64,000 bases of DNA from positions 8,182-72,181 of the IMG/VR virus record IMGVR_UViG_3300028610_002065; one strand, written 5' to 3'. The notes beneath the pieces are model-generated. The model did not search any database, was not told the origin of the DNA, and saw only the letters and a program-made list of their open reading frames with translations. Shown in pieces: positions 26,154-35,963 of the stretch (position 1 is its first letter; every line of letters begins with the position of its first letter). Position numbers and translations under genes: made by a program. The DNA comes from a virus (lineage: Duplodnaviria; Caudoviricetes).

Positions 26154-28761
26154 TGATAAACCTCCCTGGTTCGTTTATAAAGTGATAGTTTGATTTTTCA
26201 CTGTAATGAAAAACACCATGAAAATTTGGATACCCCGGCAACATTCCTAGATCATCGCCTTGACTTCGTCTAATTCTTGGATTAGGAATACATTCATAAA
26301 TGTACTCCCTGGTAAATGTAGAATCCATTGGCCGTGTTTCTGGATAACCGCTATAATATTCCATATACTGAGCTCTAACCCCTCGATAATCCGGAAGATG
26401 GGTCACAAAATATCCCTCTGATGTTTTATAATTGGTTGTACCATTGATTAGATCTCCGGGTTGAGGTTTTATTTTGCTTAAATCAATTGGAGCATGTTTA
26501 AGGGTTGCCCATTTCTTTGCCCTCATAGTGACTCTGGTAAAATCTTTCATCATATCATCAAACCATATGGTCTGTCCATTTGAACAAAGAACTAATGGAT
26601 CTTTTCCACCAGTGTCTATTATAAAACCGACTATAATGTTTACACATTTTTTAGGAAAACCTGAATATCCAGATTCGTTAGCAATGATTTTAGTTCCAGC
26701 AGAAACTCGATTAAACACATTGGTTATTTTTCTTATTTTACCAATATTACAAAGTCCTAAATAACCATAAATGTATCTGATCTTTGATAAATTTCCATCT
26801 TTATCAGAAAGGATGAAATAAAGATCTTCACATGTCGACCTGCTCTCTCGTTCAACAATTGAGAACCCTGCAATCTCTTTAACCCTTAGAATATCATGTG
26901 GGTTTTTCCAGTCAGCTGTTACAACTTTATCTCCAACCCTAAACTCAAGGTCTAATAGAAAACCTGGAAGTTTGAATGTATCATTTTTGACTAGTTCAGA
27001 TATCATTCCATGTCTTGGACGACGAAGAGCGCAATTATTTTCATAAGCGAGAGCAGGTCCAGGAACTTCCCAAGCTAAAGTTTCTCGAGGTATTGCAGTT
27101 CCATCACTATTTGTGCTAATAAAATACATCTTTTTCCCTATTCGAAATAATCCGGGTAAAGGTTTTACATTACTTTCACGAAATAATCTTATACCAGATG
27201 AACTAGTTACTCCCTTTGTGCTCATCGGAAGACGATGGGTCACTCCACGTAGAGCACGGAAAGTATTTACAAACTCATATTCTACTTTCATTGATCCACT
27301 ACTAACTCGAACTCTTTTATAGTTCACTTTTGAAGCACACACCATAGGAGATGACCCTCTTGCATCTCTAATTAAAATATACGGTTCATCCTCTTTTAAT
27401 TCAATATTATAGACTGAAGGTTTTTCCATTTCGAATTTGGTAGCATTTATGTTTTCAGCTATATAATAGTCCCTACCAACTTTAAGTTCGGCTCTGCCAT
27501 CTCGTCCCACTCTAATAAAATCAACTGAACCATAATGTTCGCTACCGTCCTTATTAGTGAATATAAGGATATCTCCAGTTTTGACTTTGAGATTGTTATT
27601 TGGTAGAACCATTTCATTTGAATATCGGAGAGCTTTATTTGAGACAGCAATATAGTCTTTCACTTTCTTGGTAAGTTTCATCATAAACTTCTTACCATTC
27701 TTATCGACCATAACATATTTTAACTTACCACCATCTTGGAAACCTATAAATGAGTCGATGTATAATACGTCACCTCTTGAGTTAGTGAACGGATCTCCAA
27801 TACTTAGAAAATATTCTCCTACATATATACCGTTTGCAATATCATAAAATAATGGGAATTTCTTTCTCGATCTCGATGTTGGGAGAGCTTCCATATCAGT
27901 TCTTCCTGGAGCAAAAATGATTTCAGCTGCTCTTGAATAAGTCAATGATTTTTCTCCAATAACGTGAGCATCGTTTTTTACCTTTGTTAACCAGTGACCG
28001 ATATTACCATTTATTTCTATCCATTTGGCATCATAAATGAACAATGGATTTTGTGTTGTTAAGTACTCCCATCTAAGATAGTTCCCAAATTCAGATTCTT
28101 CTTTTCTATATGATTCATAGTTATAAGTATAGTCAGTATTGAAAACAGCTGACCAGAATACCATAATAACATTCTGAATTGTTTGGGTTAGAGAATGTGT
28201 CTCGAACTTATTTGCCTCGCCAAAGCAAACTCTTTGATTGCTAGAAATATTCAGAAGAGGAGCTTTAAGAAGATAATCTGACATCCCTCGCATTTCTTGA
28301 GTCCTTAAAAAGACCAGACCATCTACAAGATGTGTATCGTGTTCAATAAGTAGAATGAATATAACATATGGAAATGCTAAACTAAATGTTCTAGATGAGC
28401 CGCCAGATGCATCAAAATTCTTATATCCAAACTTTTCTAACACGTTTTCTTGTTTGAGTTGACTAACTTCAGATTCAAATCCCTTATGAATTTTTATAGT
28501 TCTGAGGGCTGGAGGTTCTTCAATCAATACCACATGACCTTTGTTAGTTTGTTCAATATATCTGCAATTAGGAGGCAGAATTCCAATATCTGAATGTCCG
28601 GATAGTTTTTTCATATAATCATTTGTGAAAAGAGTTCTTTTTACAATGATTGGTTTACCTTCATCCTTCATAGATCCAGCACCAGGTCCAGGAAATTCTG
28701 TTAATAGATATTGAGTATACTTAGGGTTAATCCTGATCTCTTGAATCAAATCGCTTTTCAT
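26131..28761 (-). CDS. Prokaryotic E2 family D (PRTRC protein B-like) N-terminal domain fused to a long beta-rich region
   Basis: IEEPPALRT..FSLAFPYVIF...LLKAPLLNISSNQRVCFG...FWSAVFN; ~600-aa uncharacterised C-terminus. Confidence 0.7.
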   Translation of the reverse strand: MKSDLIQEIRINPKYTQYLLTEFPGPGAGSMKDEGKPIIVKRTLFTNDYMKKLSGHSDIGILPPNCRYIEQTNKGHVVLIEEPPALRTIKIHKGFESEVSQLKQENVLEKFGYKNFDASGGSSRTFSLAFPYVIFILLIEHDTHLVDGLVFLRTQEMRGMSDYLLKAPLLNISSNQRVCFGEANKFETHSLTQTIQNVIMVFWSAVFNTDYTYNYESYRKEESEFGNYLRWEYLTTQNPLFIYDAKWIEINGNIGHWLTKVKNDAHVIGEKSLTYSRAAEIIFAPGRTDMEALPTSRSRKKFPLFYDIANGIYVGEYFLSIGDPFTNSRGDVLYIDSFIGFQDGGKLKYVMVDKNGKKFMMKLTKKVKDYIAVSNKALRYSNEMVLPNNNLKVKTGDILIFTNKDGSEHYGSVDFIRVGRDGRAELKVGRDYYIAENINATKFEMEKPSVYNIELKEDEPYILIRDARGSSPMVCASKVNYKRVRVSSGSMKVEYEFVNTFRALRGVTHRLPMSTKGVTSSSGIRLFRESNVKPLPGLFRIGKKMYFISTNSDGTAIPRETLAWEVPGPALAYENNCALRRPRHGMISELVKNDTFKLPGFLLDLEFRVGDKVVTADWKNPHDILRVKEIAGFSIVERESRSTCEDLYFILSDKDGNLSKIRYIYGYLGLCNIGKIRKITNVFNRVSAGTKIIANESGYSGFPKKCVNIIVGFIIDTGGKDPLVLCSNGQTIWFDDMMKDFTRVTMRAKKWATLKHAPIDLSKIKPQPGDLINGTTNYKTSEGYFVTHLPDYRGVRAQYMEYYSGYPETRPMDSTFTREYIYECIPNPRIRRSQGDDLGMLPGYPNFHGVFHYSEKSNYHFINEPGRFINVPGSSK

Positions 28762-29157
28762 TTATTCACCTCGTAAATATTTTACCTTCTTCGCAAATTC
28801 AGTCATGATTTTAATTGATCTGTGATCTTTAACCTCCCATACTCTTTGCCTTTTTGGAAGCAAAGCTTCATCGGGGTTTTTTGTGTCGATTTCCGTTAAT
28901 GGAAGAGTTGAGAAAATTATGAGATATGCTTCTTTTCCCTCTCTTTCTAAAGATATAAACCCGACTTCTTTTTTGTTTCTGCCTGGAACTTCCAGCGTTA
29001 ATAATGTATTTGGACCTTCTGAAAAATAATCCAAAATTCTTTTATCGAAATGAAAGTTATCACTTTCTTCTTCAATAATTTTAGTTGCAATCATATGAAG
29101 TTGTTCAATCAAATTATCTGACGGAAGCTCAGTTATAATGTCCTCTAAGATTCCCAT
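28762..29157 (-). CDS. Hypothetical protein
   Basis: 131 aa, GGAG RBS. Confidence 0.6.
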   Translation of the reverse strand: MGILEDIITELPSDNLIEQLHMIATKIIEEESDNFHFDKRILDYFSEGPNTLLTLEVPGRNKKEVGFISLEREGKEAYLIIFSTLPLTEIDTKNPDEALLPKRQRVWEVKDHRSIKIMTEFAKKVKYLRGE

Positions 29158-29168
29158 TTAATATCTCC

Positions 29169-29498
29169 TCATTGTGTTGGTTTTGCCCAGAATCTTCTAC
29201 CTCTTCGAGTTTCTAAATAATCAACCCTATCAAATGGGACTGATCTCCATCCAAGTTTCTCAAGATCATAAACATGCATAATCTTATTAACCTGAATCAA
29301 CTTTAATATTTTTTCAATATTAACTGATTTTGGATGATCCTCTTCTGGAATTTTTGTGAAGTCAAGAGTGCAACGCATGATTCTGTCCCGATTATCTTTT
29401 GTTACAAACTTTATTCTTACATCTTTTTCATCATAAATCTTTTTCCAAAATTGAACTGCGCTGACTATAATGTCAGAATCAATATCTCCACTAGCCAT
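29169..29498 (-). CDS. WYL_2/DUF2693-like SH3-fold protein
   Basis: VRIKFVTKD..DRIMRCTLD...VYDLEKLGWRSV pattern. Confidence 0.7.
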   Translation of the reverse strand: MASGDIDSDIIVSAVQFWKKIYDEKDVRIKFVTKDNRDRIMRCTLDFTKIPEEDHPKSVNIEKILKLIQVNKIMHVYDLEKLGWRSVPFDRVDYLETRRGRRFWAKPTQ

Positions 29499-30540
29499 GA
29501 GTATATCCCTCCCGTTTATCGAGATGTACTAAATCTTCTGGTCCTGTATCATTATCATTTATATACTTACTCATTAAATGACAAGTATGATTACATAACT
29601 TGCAGTACTCTTTTTTATCTCTTTTGATTGCAGCTTCTGCTATAAAATTTATACTACCAGCAGTCATAATCAAATTTTCAAGAGTTACTATTGATGGAGT
29701 ATGGACTCCTCTGATTCTTAAGCAAAGTCTAATTGAACCATCTGCATCAATTGAGATATTATGGAGGTCTTTATCAATTTCACAATTCATGTTTGATGGG
29801 AGTTTATCCCACATAGCTGGTATGAGTAATTTTTTCATATGAACATCTAAACTATCATCCTTCATAATTTTTTTAAATTGATCTGCTAGTTGTGCTGTTT
29901 GATGTACCAGAAGATTAAAATCTGTCATATTTGAAAAATCGTAATATGGAGTTTTCGCTATGTCAATAAAAGTGACATCTGCATTTATTTCATACTTACT
30001 TAGCTCTTTTAATAGATCATAAAGATATATGTAGTTATGTTTCATTGCAGTTATCTCGGCAACTACATCATCTACATATGCCTTTAGGTTAATTAAATTT
30101 TCTAAACCATGAATACTTTTTCGAACTCTGTCCTCTCCAGATTCTTTTTCATCATGGAACACTGGATCGACTGAAGCGGTGAACCCTTTTATTCGACCAT
30201 TAACTTTATCAAAAAGATTTTTAATTAATGGTCGAATCTCCTTTGTATTGTTGGAGATTATTGTATAGTGAATGTCTTCTCTATTACAATGATTGATAAT
30301 CTCATAAAGGTCTTTTCTTAATAAGGGTTCTCCGCCGTAGAATATATGAAACATATCCGGATTATGTAGTTTTAATTTATTCAAACCTTTGATAATATAT
30401 TTAGTTGACATTTCATTATTGTGATAATGTTTCATATCCGGATATTCTTCGGGTTTGTTTGGATAGTTTTTCACGATTGCACAATAATCACATTTGAGAT
30501 TACATCGTCTTGTCAACAACCAGTTTGCTATTCTAATCAT
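29491..30540 (-). CDS. Radical SAM protein
   Basis: CNLKCDYC, YGGEPLLR, ISN, C-terminal Cys cluster (CLRIR...CKLCNHTCH). Confidence 0.9.
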   Translation of the reverse strand: MIRIANWLLTRRCNLKCDYCAIVKNYPNKPEEYPDMKHYHNNEMSTKYIIKGLNKLKLHNPDMFHIFYGGEPLLRKDLYEIINHCNREDIHYTIISNNTKEIRPLIKNLFDKVNGRIKGFTASVDPVFHDEKESGEDRVRKSIHGLENLINLKAYVDDVVAEITAMKHNYIYLYDLLKELSKYEINADVTFIDIAKTPYYDFSNMTDFNLLVHQTAQLADQFKKIMKDDSLDVHMKKLLIPAMWDKLPSNMNCEIDKDLHNISIDADGSIRLCLRIRGVHTPSIVTLENLIMTAGSINFIAEAAIKRDKKEYCKLCNHTCHLMSKYINDNDTGPEDLVHLDKREGYTHG

Positions 30541-30920
30541 TAATCGCCTCCTATGAGCCTTATCTGTCCACCATTTTCTCTTATAATATCTTCTGCCTTT
30601 TCGAGCCGTTCATAATCCTTTCGTTCTAATACAACATAGGCTGCAAACTTTCCTTCATCAAGAATTGATATTGCTTCCTTAAATTCTTCTTTACCCATTC
30701 CCCAAAATTTTAATGGCATTTTAGTTGCTTCTGTAATCCAATCAACATCTTTCTGCTGTGTGTATTTTATTAATTTTATTTTATCATCAAAGAGTCTGAA
30801 GTATTCTCCAGTTCTTAAAGTAAAATATTGATCGAAGCACTTTCGAAGGAATTTCTCATCAAATGCGATTACATACATGGTGGACGAACTGTTAGTTACG
30901 AAATCAGCTTTTATTTTCAT
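30540..30920 (-). CDS. MKIKxDFVTNSS-motif protein 1
   Basis: Starts MKIKADFVTNSSSTMY. Confidence 0.75.
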   Translation of the reverse strand: MKIKADFVTNSSSTMYVIAFDEKFLRKCFDQYFTLRTGEYFRLFDDKIKLIKYTQQKDVDWITEATKMPLKFWGMGKEEFKEAISILDEGKFAAYVVLERKDYERLEKAEDIIRENGGQIRLIGGD

Positions 30921-33109
30921 TGCATTGCTAAAACCTCATCTGCTTCAAGCTGATCCTCATGTCTATGTGAAATCAAATAAATTGATTTCCCGATTTTTAA
31001 TTTATTCAAAACTTTTGATACCTGCATGATATTTTCATCATCCAAGCTATCGAATATTTCATCAAAAACTAGTATATTAATCTTCATATTTTGTATATTT
31101 GATTGAAGATCGCCGAGCGTTAATATTGTTGCTATATCAATAATTCTCGTTTGTCCACCTGATAATTGGACTCGAGAATTTGCTCTTGTAAATGTATCAA
31201 GCACATTAACAGAAATTTTATCTCTGAACTCTCCTGCCTTTGTTGCTGCAAGAGTATCAAATGAAACTACATATCTTCCATTTGTAAGTTTATCTAAATA
31301 CTCTGCTATCTTCTTATTCATAAATGGAATTGCTTCATCAATTAACATTGATGGAATACCTGATGGAGAATATGCTTCTTTCCAGAACTCATATTCATCT
31401 TTCATTTTAAGCAAGACTGCTTTAGTATCAATGAGAGTTAGAATTTCTCCTTGTATCTGTACTTCTTTTCTTTTATACAAGTTCAGTTGTTCTTCATCGT
31501 ATTCTCTTTTTGATTCTATATCAAATTGAACTCTGAATTTTTCTCTTTCTGAGTTAAGATTTGTAATAGATTCTTTGATTTGATCAATTTTTTCTTGCTG
31601 TTTATCTTGTACTCTTTTTTCCTCATATAATCGCTCTAACTGCAATTCAAGATTCAATTTATCATCTGCAAATCCAAGACTTAATGCCTTCTGTCCTGTC
31701 TGATATGATTGTTCGACTTTTCCCTCAGCATTCCTTAATCGAATCTCTAACTCTTTGGTTTTTCTTTTAAGTTCAAGATTGATTAATTCAATTTTATCTT
31801 TAATTTCATCCCTTTGACTATTTATTTTATCACTCCGTTCAGCTAGATGCCTCCGAAGTTTTTGACTATTAATCTCTACCTTAGCAGCTGATTCATTTAT
31901 GGATTGAATTGCATCATGATGTTTTTCAATCTTTTTTGAAATCTCTTTAATTTTAACTTCTGTTAGTTCTGTATCACATGTTGGGCAAGTTGCTATGTCA
32001 GCATCAATAACATTTTTATATAATTCATCAGCTCGTTCACCATGAGATGAAGCATCGGCTTCTAACTTAATGATTAAATTATCAAGTTCATGTCTTTGCT
32101 CTTGATTGAAGTTTAGAAACTCTTGCAACTGATCTCTCAAAGCTGTTTCTTGTTTTTGCAAGTCTTCTTTTACTTTATTTGTTTCTATTGTTATTTTGTT
32201 AATTTCTAATTGTGCTTTATTTCTAAAGTCATGTATTTTTAGTTCTTTTTGATGACTTAAGTTTTGACATTGACTTTCTTGCTTATCAGTTAACTGATTC
32301 AGATCTGCTTCAATTTCAGCAATTCTTTTTATAACATCATTTGAATTTTCTGACTTTAAAATTAGCTCTTCGTTGAGTTTACTATCCCAGAGAGTTATTA
32401 ATTCTAAGTTCTTTGATATGCTAGTTTCTATCTCTTTGATTTTCTTTTCTTGCTCATTTTCAAATTCATTCTTTTGTTTAATCAGAATTTTAATTTGGGC
32501 ATGCGCATCCCTAAGAAGATTATTTTTCACTTCATCATCTATGTGAAGTTCAGATAAAACCTCAATAGTCTTTTTAAGTTTGTTACTCGCTTCTGAATGG
32601 TAAACTACATATTTGAGCAAGTTAAGAATTTGTCTGAAGATTTCTTTTTTGTCTGAATCTGTGAGATCTGTAAAGAAGTCTTTAACCTTTTGCCCAAACA
32701 TCAAAGTGTTTGTAAATGTTTTTCTTGGAGTTAATATTCTTTCAATCTCAGGAAGAACTTCCTTATGACCTTTCTTTGTATCAACACCACCAACATTTAA
32801 TATGACTGTATTTCCTAACTTTGTATATTTGTGATATCTGGTTACTATATATTGTGTTGAGTCGATCATGAATTTTACCCATGTTTTACAATTACGACCA
32901 ACGGTATTGTTGACTACATCGTCTCCACGCATTCCACGACTTGTTATTCCATAGAGGGTAAAGAGAATAGCATCTAAAGCCATTGTCTTTCCGACTCCAT
33001 TTGGACCTGTCACTAGTGTTAGAGTATCATTTATGAACTCCAATACTAATGGATCAATATAAGGTCCATAATTTTCCATTCCCACTTCTTGGAATTGTAT
33101 ATTTCTCAT
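30917..33109 (-). CDS. Rad50/SbcC/T4 gp46-like SMC ATPase
   Basis: GPNGVGKT, coiled coil with CPTC hook, LSGGQ, FDEIFDSLD, ISH. Confidence 0.93.
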   Translation of the reverse strand: MRNIQFQEVGMENYGPYIDPLVLEFINDTLTLVTGPNGVGKTMALDAILFTLYGITSRGMRGDDVVNNTVGRNCKTWVKFMIDSTQYIVTRYHKYTKLGNTVILNVGGVDTKKGHKEVLPEIERILTPRKTFTNTLMFGQKVKDFFTDLTDSDKKEIFRQILNLLKYVVYHSEASNKLKKTIEVLSELHIDDEVKNNLLRDAHAQIKILIKQKNEFENEQEKKIKEIETSISKNLELITLWDSKLNEELILKSENSNDVIKRIAEIEADLNQLTDKQESQCQNLSHQKELKIHDFRNKAQLEINKITIETNKVKEDLQKQETALRDQLQEFLNFNQEQRHELDNLIIKLEADASSHGERADELYKNVIDADIATCPTCDTELTEVKIKEISKKIEKHHDAIQSINESAAKVEINSQKLRRHLAERSDKINSQRDEIKDKIELINLELKRKTKELEIRLRNAEGKVEQSYQTGQKALSLGFADDKLNLELQLERLYEEKRVQDKQQEKIDQIKESITNLNSEREKFRVQFDIESKREYDEEQLNLYKRKEVQIQGEILTLIDTKAVLLKMKDEYEFWKEAYSPSGIPSMLIDEAIPFMNKKIAEYLDKLTNGRYVVSFDTLAATKAGEFRDKISVNVLDTFTRANSRVQLSGGQTRIIDIATILTLGDLQSNIQNMKINILVFDEIFDSLDDENIMQVSKVLNKLKIGKSIYLISHRHEDQLEADEVLAMQ

Positions 33110-34131
33110 TATTTGTCCTCACATTCATGAATTATTTCCATAGCTATATGGAGATAATCATCTTGTTCACTTTGTGGAACTTTCTTGATATCCATATATT
33201 TTCTGTGAATATCTACGTCGCTCATCGAACTTGTGATTCCTCTGTCTGTGATGTCAACTTCAGTTTTATCAACAACCCTAATATCCATTTCGAGTGGACC
33301 CAAGTCGACCCTCTCTTTGAGTATGACCTTAACGTGTTGTCCGTCGGCTCGATATTTGTGTACATCCGCAAGAGCCTGCGCTCTATTGGACGAATCAATT
33401 TCGATTTCAATATGTCGCTTATAAGAGCTAATAGGAATAGAATCAACATCAAGCGTATCAGTGTCAACCACGAGAAAACGTTTGTCTTCATTTTTTTCAC
33501 CCCAATCTAATTGAATCAAAGATCCAACATAATACAATTTGAAGTTATCTTGTATGATTTCTTGTGGTTTATGATAATGTCCCAATAAGACAAGTTCATA
33601 TTTTCCAATCAAATCTCTGACTGAAATATCAGAAATAATACTCATTCCAGAATTTAGAACTCCTTCAGATAATCCAAAATGTGAAATTAGTATTCGTCCT
33701 TTATTTGTTTTAACTTGATTAACAACATCATGTGAATAAGGAATACAGAATAGTCCACCATCTTCCTGAGATTGGAATTGAGTCACCCAATCAACATTGT
33801 TGCATTTAGAAATAGCTCTTAATGATGATACTACATTTTGTCCTTTACCAGATAGATCATGATTACCATCTACTATGATAAATTGCAAATCTTCATATTT
33901 CTCAAAGAAATCAACCATTATTTCTTGAGCGATTGAATGGACAATAGATTTGTTATGATATATATCTCCGCCAATTACAATAACATCAATATCATTATCA
34001 CAACAATAATCTCCGACTTCGTTTAGAGCATTCTTTATACTATTCAATCGCTCAGGCAGTCCTGTTGTTTCTTCGCGTTTATCCTGACCATATCTGGATA
34101 AATGTATATCTGCTATAAACGCGAACTTCAT
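33109..34131 (-). CDS. Mre11/SbcD/T4 gp47-like metallophosphoesterase nuclease
   Basis: ADIHL, GGDIYH, GNHD, SHFG, LGHYH. Confidence 0.92.
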   Translation of the reverse strand: MKFAFIADIHLSRYGQDKREETTGLPERLNSIKNALNEVGDYCCDNDIDVIVIGGDIYHNKSIVHSIAQEIMVDFFEKYEDLQFIIVDGNHDLSGKGQNVVSSLRAISKCNNVDWVTQFQSQEDGGLFCIPYSHDVVNQVKTNKGRILISHFGLSEGVLNSGMSIISDISVRDLIGKYELVLLGHYHKPQEIIQDNFKLYYVGSLIQLDWGEKNEDKRFLVVDTDTLDVDSIPISSYKRHIEIEIDSSNRAQALADVHKYRADGQHVKVILKERVDLGPLEMDIRVVDKTEVDITDRGITSSMSDVDIHRKYMDIKKVPQSEQDDYLHIAMEIIHECEDK

Positions 34132-34355
34132 AGTTTTTCGTCCTCCCGTTCCTGAGTTTTTACTGGTTCGACTACTTTCTGAGCAGCTTCTTCATCCTGA
34201 TTAATGATTTCAATCTGTTCACTATCTCCAGTTCCTTGTAATATAGTCCCAAGCAATGGTATAAATATTGCTGAGAGAATCATAATGATTGCAATCACAA
34301 TCATTAATTCAATTAGAGTAAAACCAATTCTGTTATTAATTTTCTGTAGTATCAT
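34128..34355 (-). CDS. Prepilin-type N-terminal cleavage/methylation domain protein
   Basis: GFTLIELMIVIAIIMILSAIFIP class III signal followed by a short acidic tail; 75 aa. Confidence 0.85.
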   Translation of the reverse strand: MILQKINNRIGFTLIELMIVIAIIMILSAIFIPLLGTILQGTGDSEQIEIINQDEEAAQKVVEPVKTQEREDEKL

Positions 34356-34776
34356 CTTCTGGTCCTTTCACTATAATGTTTGATAGCATTTCTGCTGATA
34401 AAAGTTGAATAAGTCTTTCAGATTGTGCTCCAATATTATGTATTTTACCATCTTCAGGTCCAGAATCATAGATCTCAAGATTAAAATCTTTATTGCCAAA
34501 AATTTGTTGAAGAGTGTGAAATACTGTACGACTACTAACTGGATCTTCCTCCCAGTCACACCATAATAGACCTTGTTCTTTGAGAGTTTCCAATCCATTA
34601 TTTAGTGCATAAAGTGCTTTAACCCAATCGCCTTCTAGATGATCTAAAAGTTCACCGAAATCATATCTAAGATTGTCCGGAGTGATATGCTTTTTTTCTA
34701 TTACAAAATCTTTGGGAATGAATACAATATATGATGCGGAAGAACTGTTTGTGACGAAGTCTGTTTTGATTTTCAT
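34336..34776 (-). CDS. MKIKxDFVTNSS-motif protein 2
   Basis: Starts MKIKTDFVTNSSSASY. Confidence 0.75.
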   Translation of the reverse strand: MKIKTDFVTNSSSASYIVFIPKDFVIEKKHITPDNLRYDFGELLDHLEGDWVKALYALNNGLETLKEQGLLWCDWEEDPVSSRTVFHTLQQIFGNKDFNLEIYDSGPEDGKIHNIGAQSERLIQLLSAEMLSNIIVKGPEDDTTEN

Positions 34777-35066
34777 TAGTAATTCGAACCTCCGAAGTGA
34801 ATACAGTCTTGATCAACTTGTACTATATCGGTGAGGAACCATACCATATCAAAATTGTCCATAGATGTATTACCCTCAATCGAATGTTTTTTATCTTCAA
34901 TTATCCATGGAGTTAAATACAGTTTGCCTTTATAAGATTCTTCTACCATGGCAGCTAACTCAATATGATTAATTATCATATATATTTGCTTTTTAGTTAG
35001 ACAAGATTTAGGGATAGAGAAGCTAGCTGATGAACTATTTGTTACAAAATCAATTTTTATTTTCAT
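34776..35066 (-). CDS. MKIKxDFVTNSS-motif protein 3
   Basis: Starts MKIKIDFVTNSSSASF. Confidence 0.75.
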   Translation of the reverse strand: MKIKIDFVTNSSSASFSIPKSCLTKKQIYMIINHIELAAMVEESYKGKLYLTPWIIEDKKHSIEGNTSMDNFDMVWFLTDIVQVDQDCIHFGGSNY

Positions 35067-35244
35067 TTTCCTTACCTATTATATCGAGAGCTTTTTCTAA
35101 CTTCTCTTTTAATTCTGGGCATCCGCCACCATTTCTAATAGCAAATGATTTTTTACACATAACTTTAACTGCACATAATTCGCATGGACTTTCATCACCC
35201 AGAAGTAACGTAATCATTTTTTCCCATTGTGTTTTATAGCTCAT
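35050..35244 (-). CDS. Small Cys-rich hypothetical protein
   Basis: 64 aa, SPCELCAVKVMC...GCP. Confidence 0.55.
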   Translation of the reverse strand: MSYKTQWEKMITLLLGDESPCELCAVKVMCKKSFAIRNGGGCPELKEKLEKALDIIGKENENKN

Positions 35245-35250
35245 AATTTT

Positions 35251-35598
35251 TTACCTTAATGATCTATGGAATCTCCATATAAAATTTTTTGATTCGCCTC
35301 CATCTCTGAGGATATAATCATATACAGCTCCAATAACAGTTCCTGCCTCATCTCCAAATACACAATTTATTTCTTCTCCTGGCAGAAATTCTATATCTTC
35401 CCTAGCCGCTGATTCAATTAAACGTAGTTTTGTATATCTAGGATCTTTTTCATACCAGTCATATTCTTTAACGAATTGTTCTAATAAGTAAATATTTTCT
35501 AAAGCAAAGTCTGCTAAAGTTAATTTTTCATCTGATGTGTTTTGTATCATATATGAGGTTGAACTGCTGTTTGTTACAAAATCAATTTTTATTTTCAT
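35251..35598 (-). CDS. MKIKxDFVTNSS-motif protein 4
   Basis: Starts MKIKIDFVTNSSSTSY. Confidence 0.75.
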   Translation of the reverse strand: MKIKIDFVTNSSSTSYMIQNTSDEKLTLADFALENIYLLEQFVKEYDWYEKDPRYTKLRLIESAAREDIEFLPGEEINCVFGDEAGTVIGAVYDYILRDGGESKNFIWRFHRSLR

Positions 35599-35963
35599 TA
35601 TCCGTCATGCCACGCTTCTTGAATGTGATGTGGTGTAGATGTTATACCAAGTGTTTCAACAATCTGTAGTCGAACTCTTGATTTAAAATCTCTTAATGTT
35701 TCATCATCCTGCATACTAGAATATGTAATTCCAACCATTGGTGAAGCATAATATTCTGGTTGTGCATAACTAAGATCAGATCCGTGAATTAATGAAGCAA
35801 CGAGATCATATGCGCTTTCTTTCAACTCTTCAACTGTTATGTTTCGTCTTTCTGCAATAGTTTTTATATAGTCTTCTGGTATATTAGTCACATCCACATT
35901 AATACCAATGACTACAAAAGATGTTGTACTGCTATTGGTTACAAAGTCTGTTTTGATTTTCAT
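35598..35963 (-). CDS. MKIKxDFVTNSS-motif protein 5
   Basis: Starts MKIKTDFVTNSSTTSF. Confidence 0.75.
   Translation of the reverse strand: MKIKTDFVTNSSTTSFVVIGINVDVTNIPEDYIKTIAERRNITVEELKESAYDLVASLIHGSDLSYAQPEYYASPMVGITYSSMQDDETLRDFKSRVRLQIVETLGITSTPHHIQEAWHDG

Noticed and set aside
29491-30540. queE call for the radical SAM gene
   Set aside because: Lacks the QueE CxxxCxxCD pattern, is longer than typical and is not next to queD or folE2.
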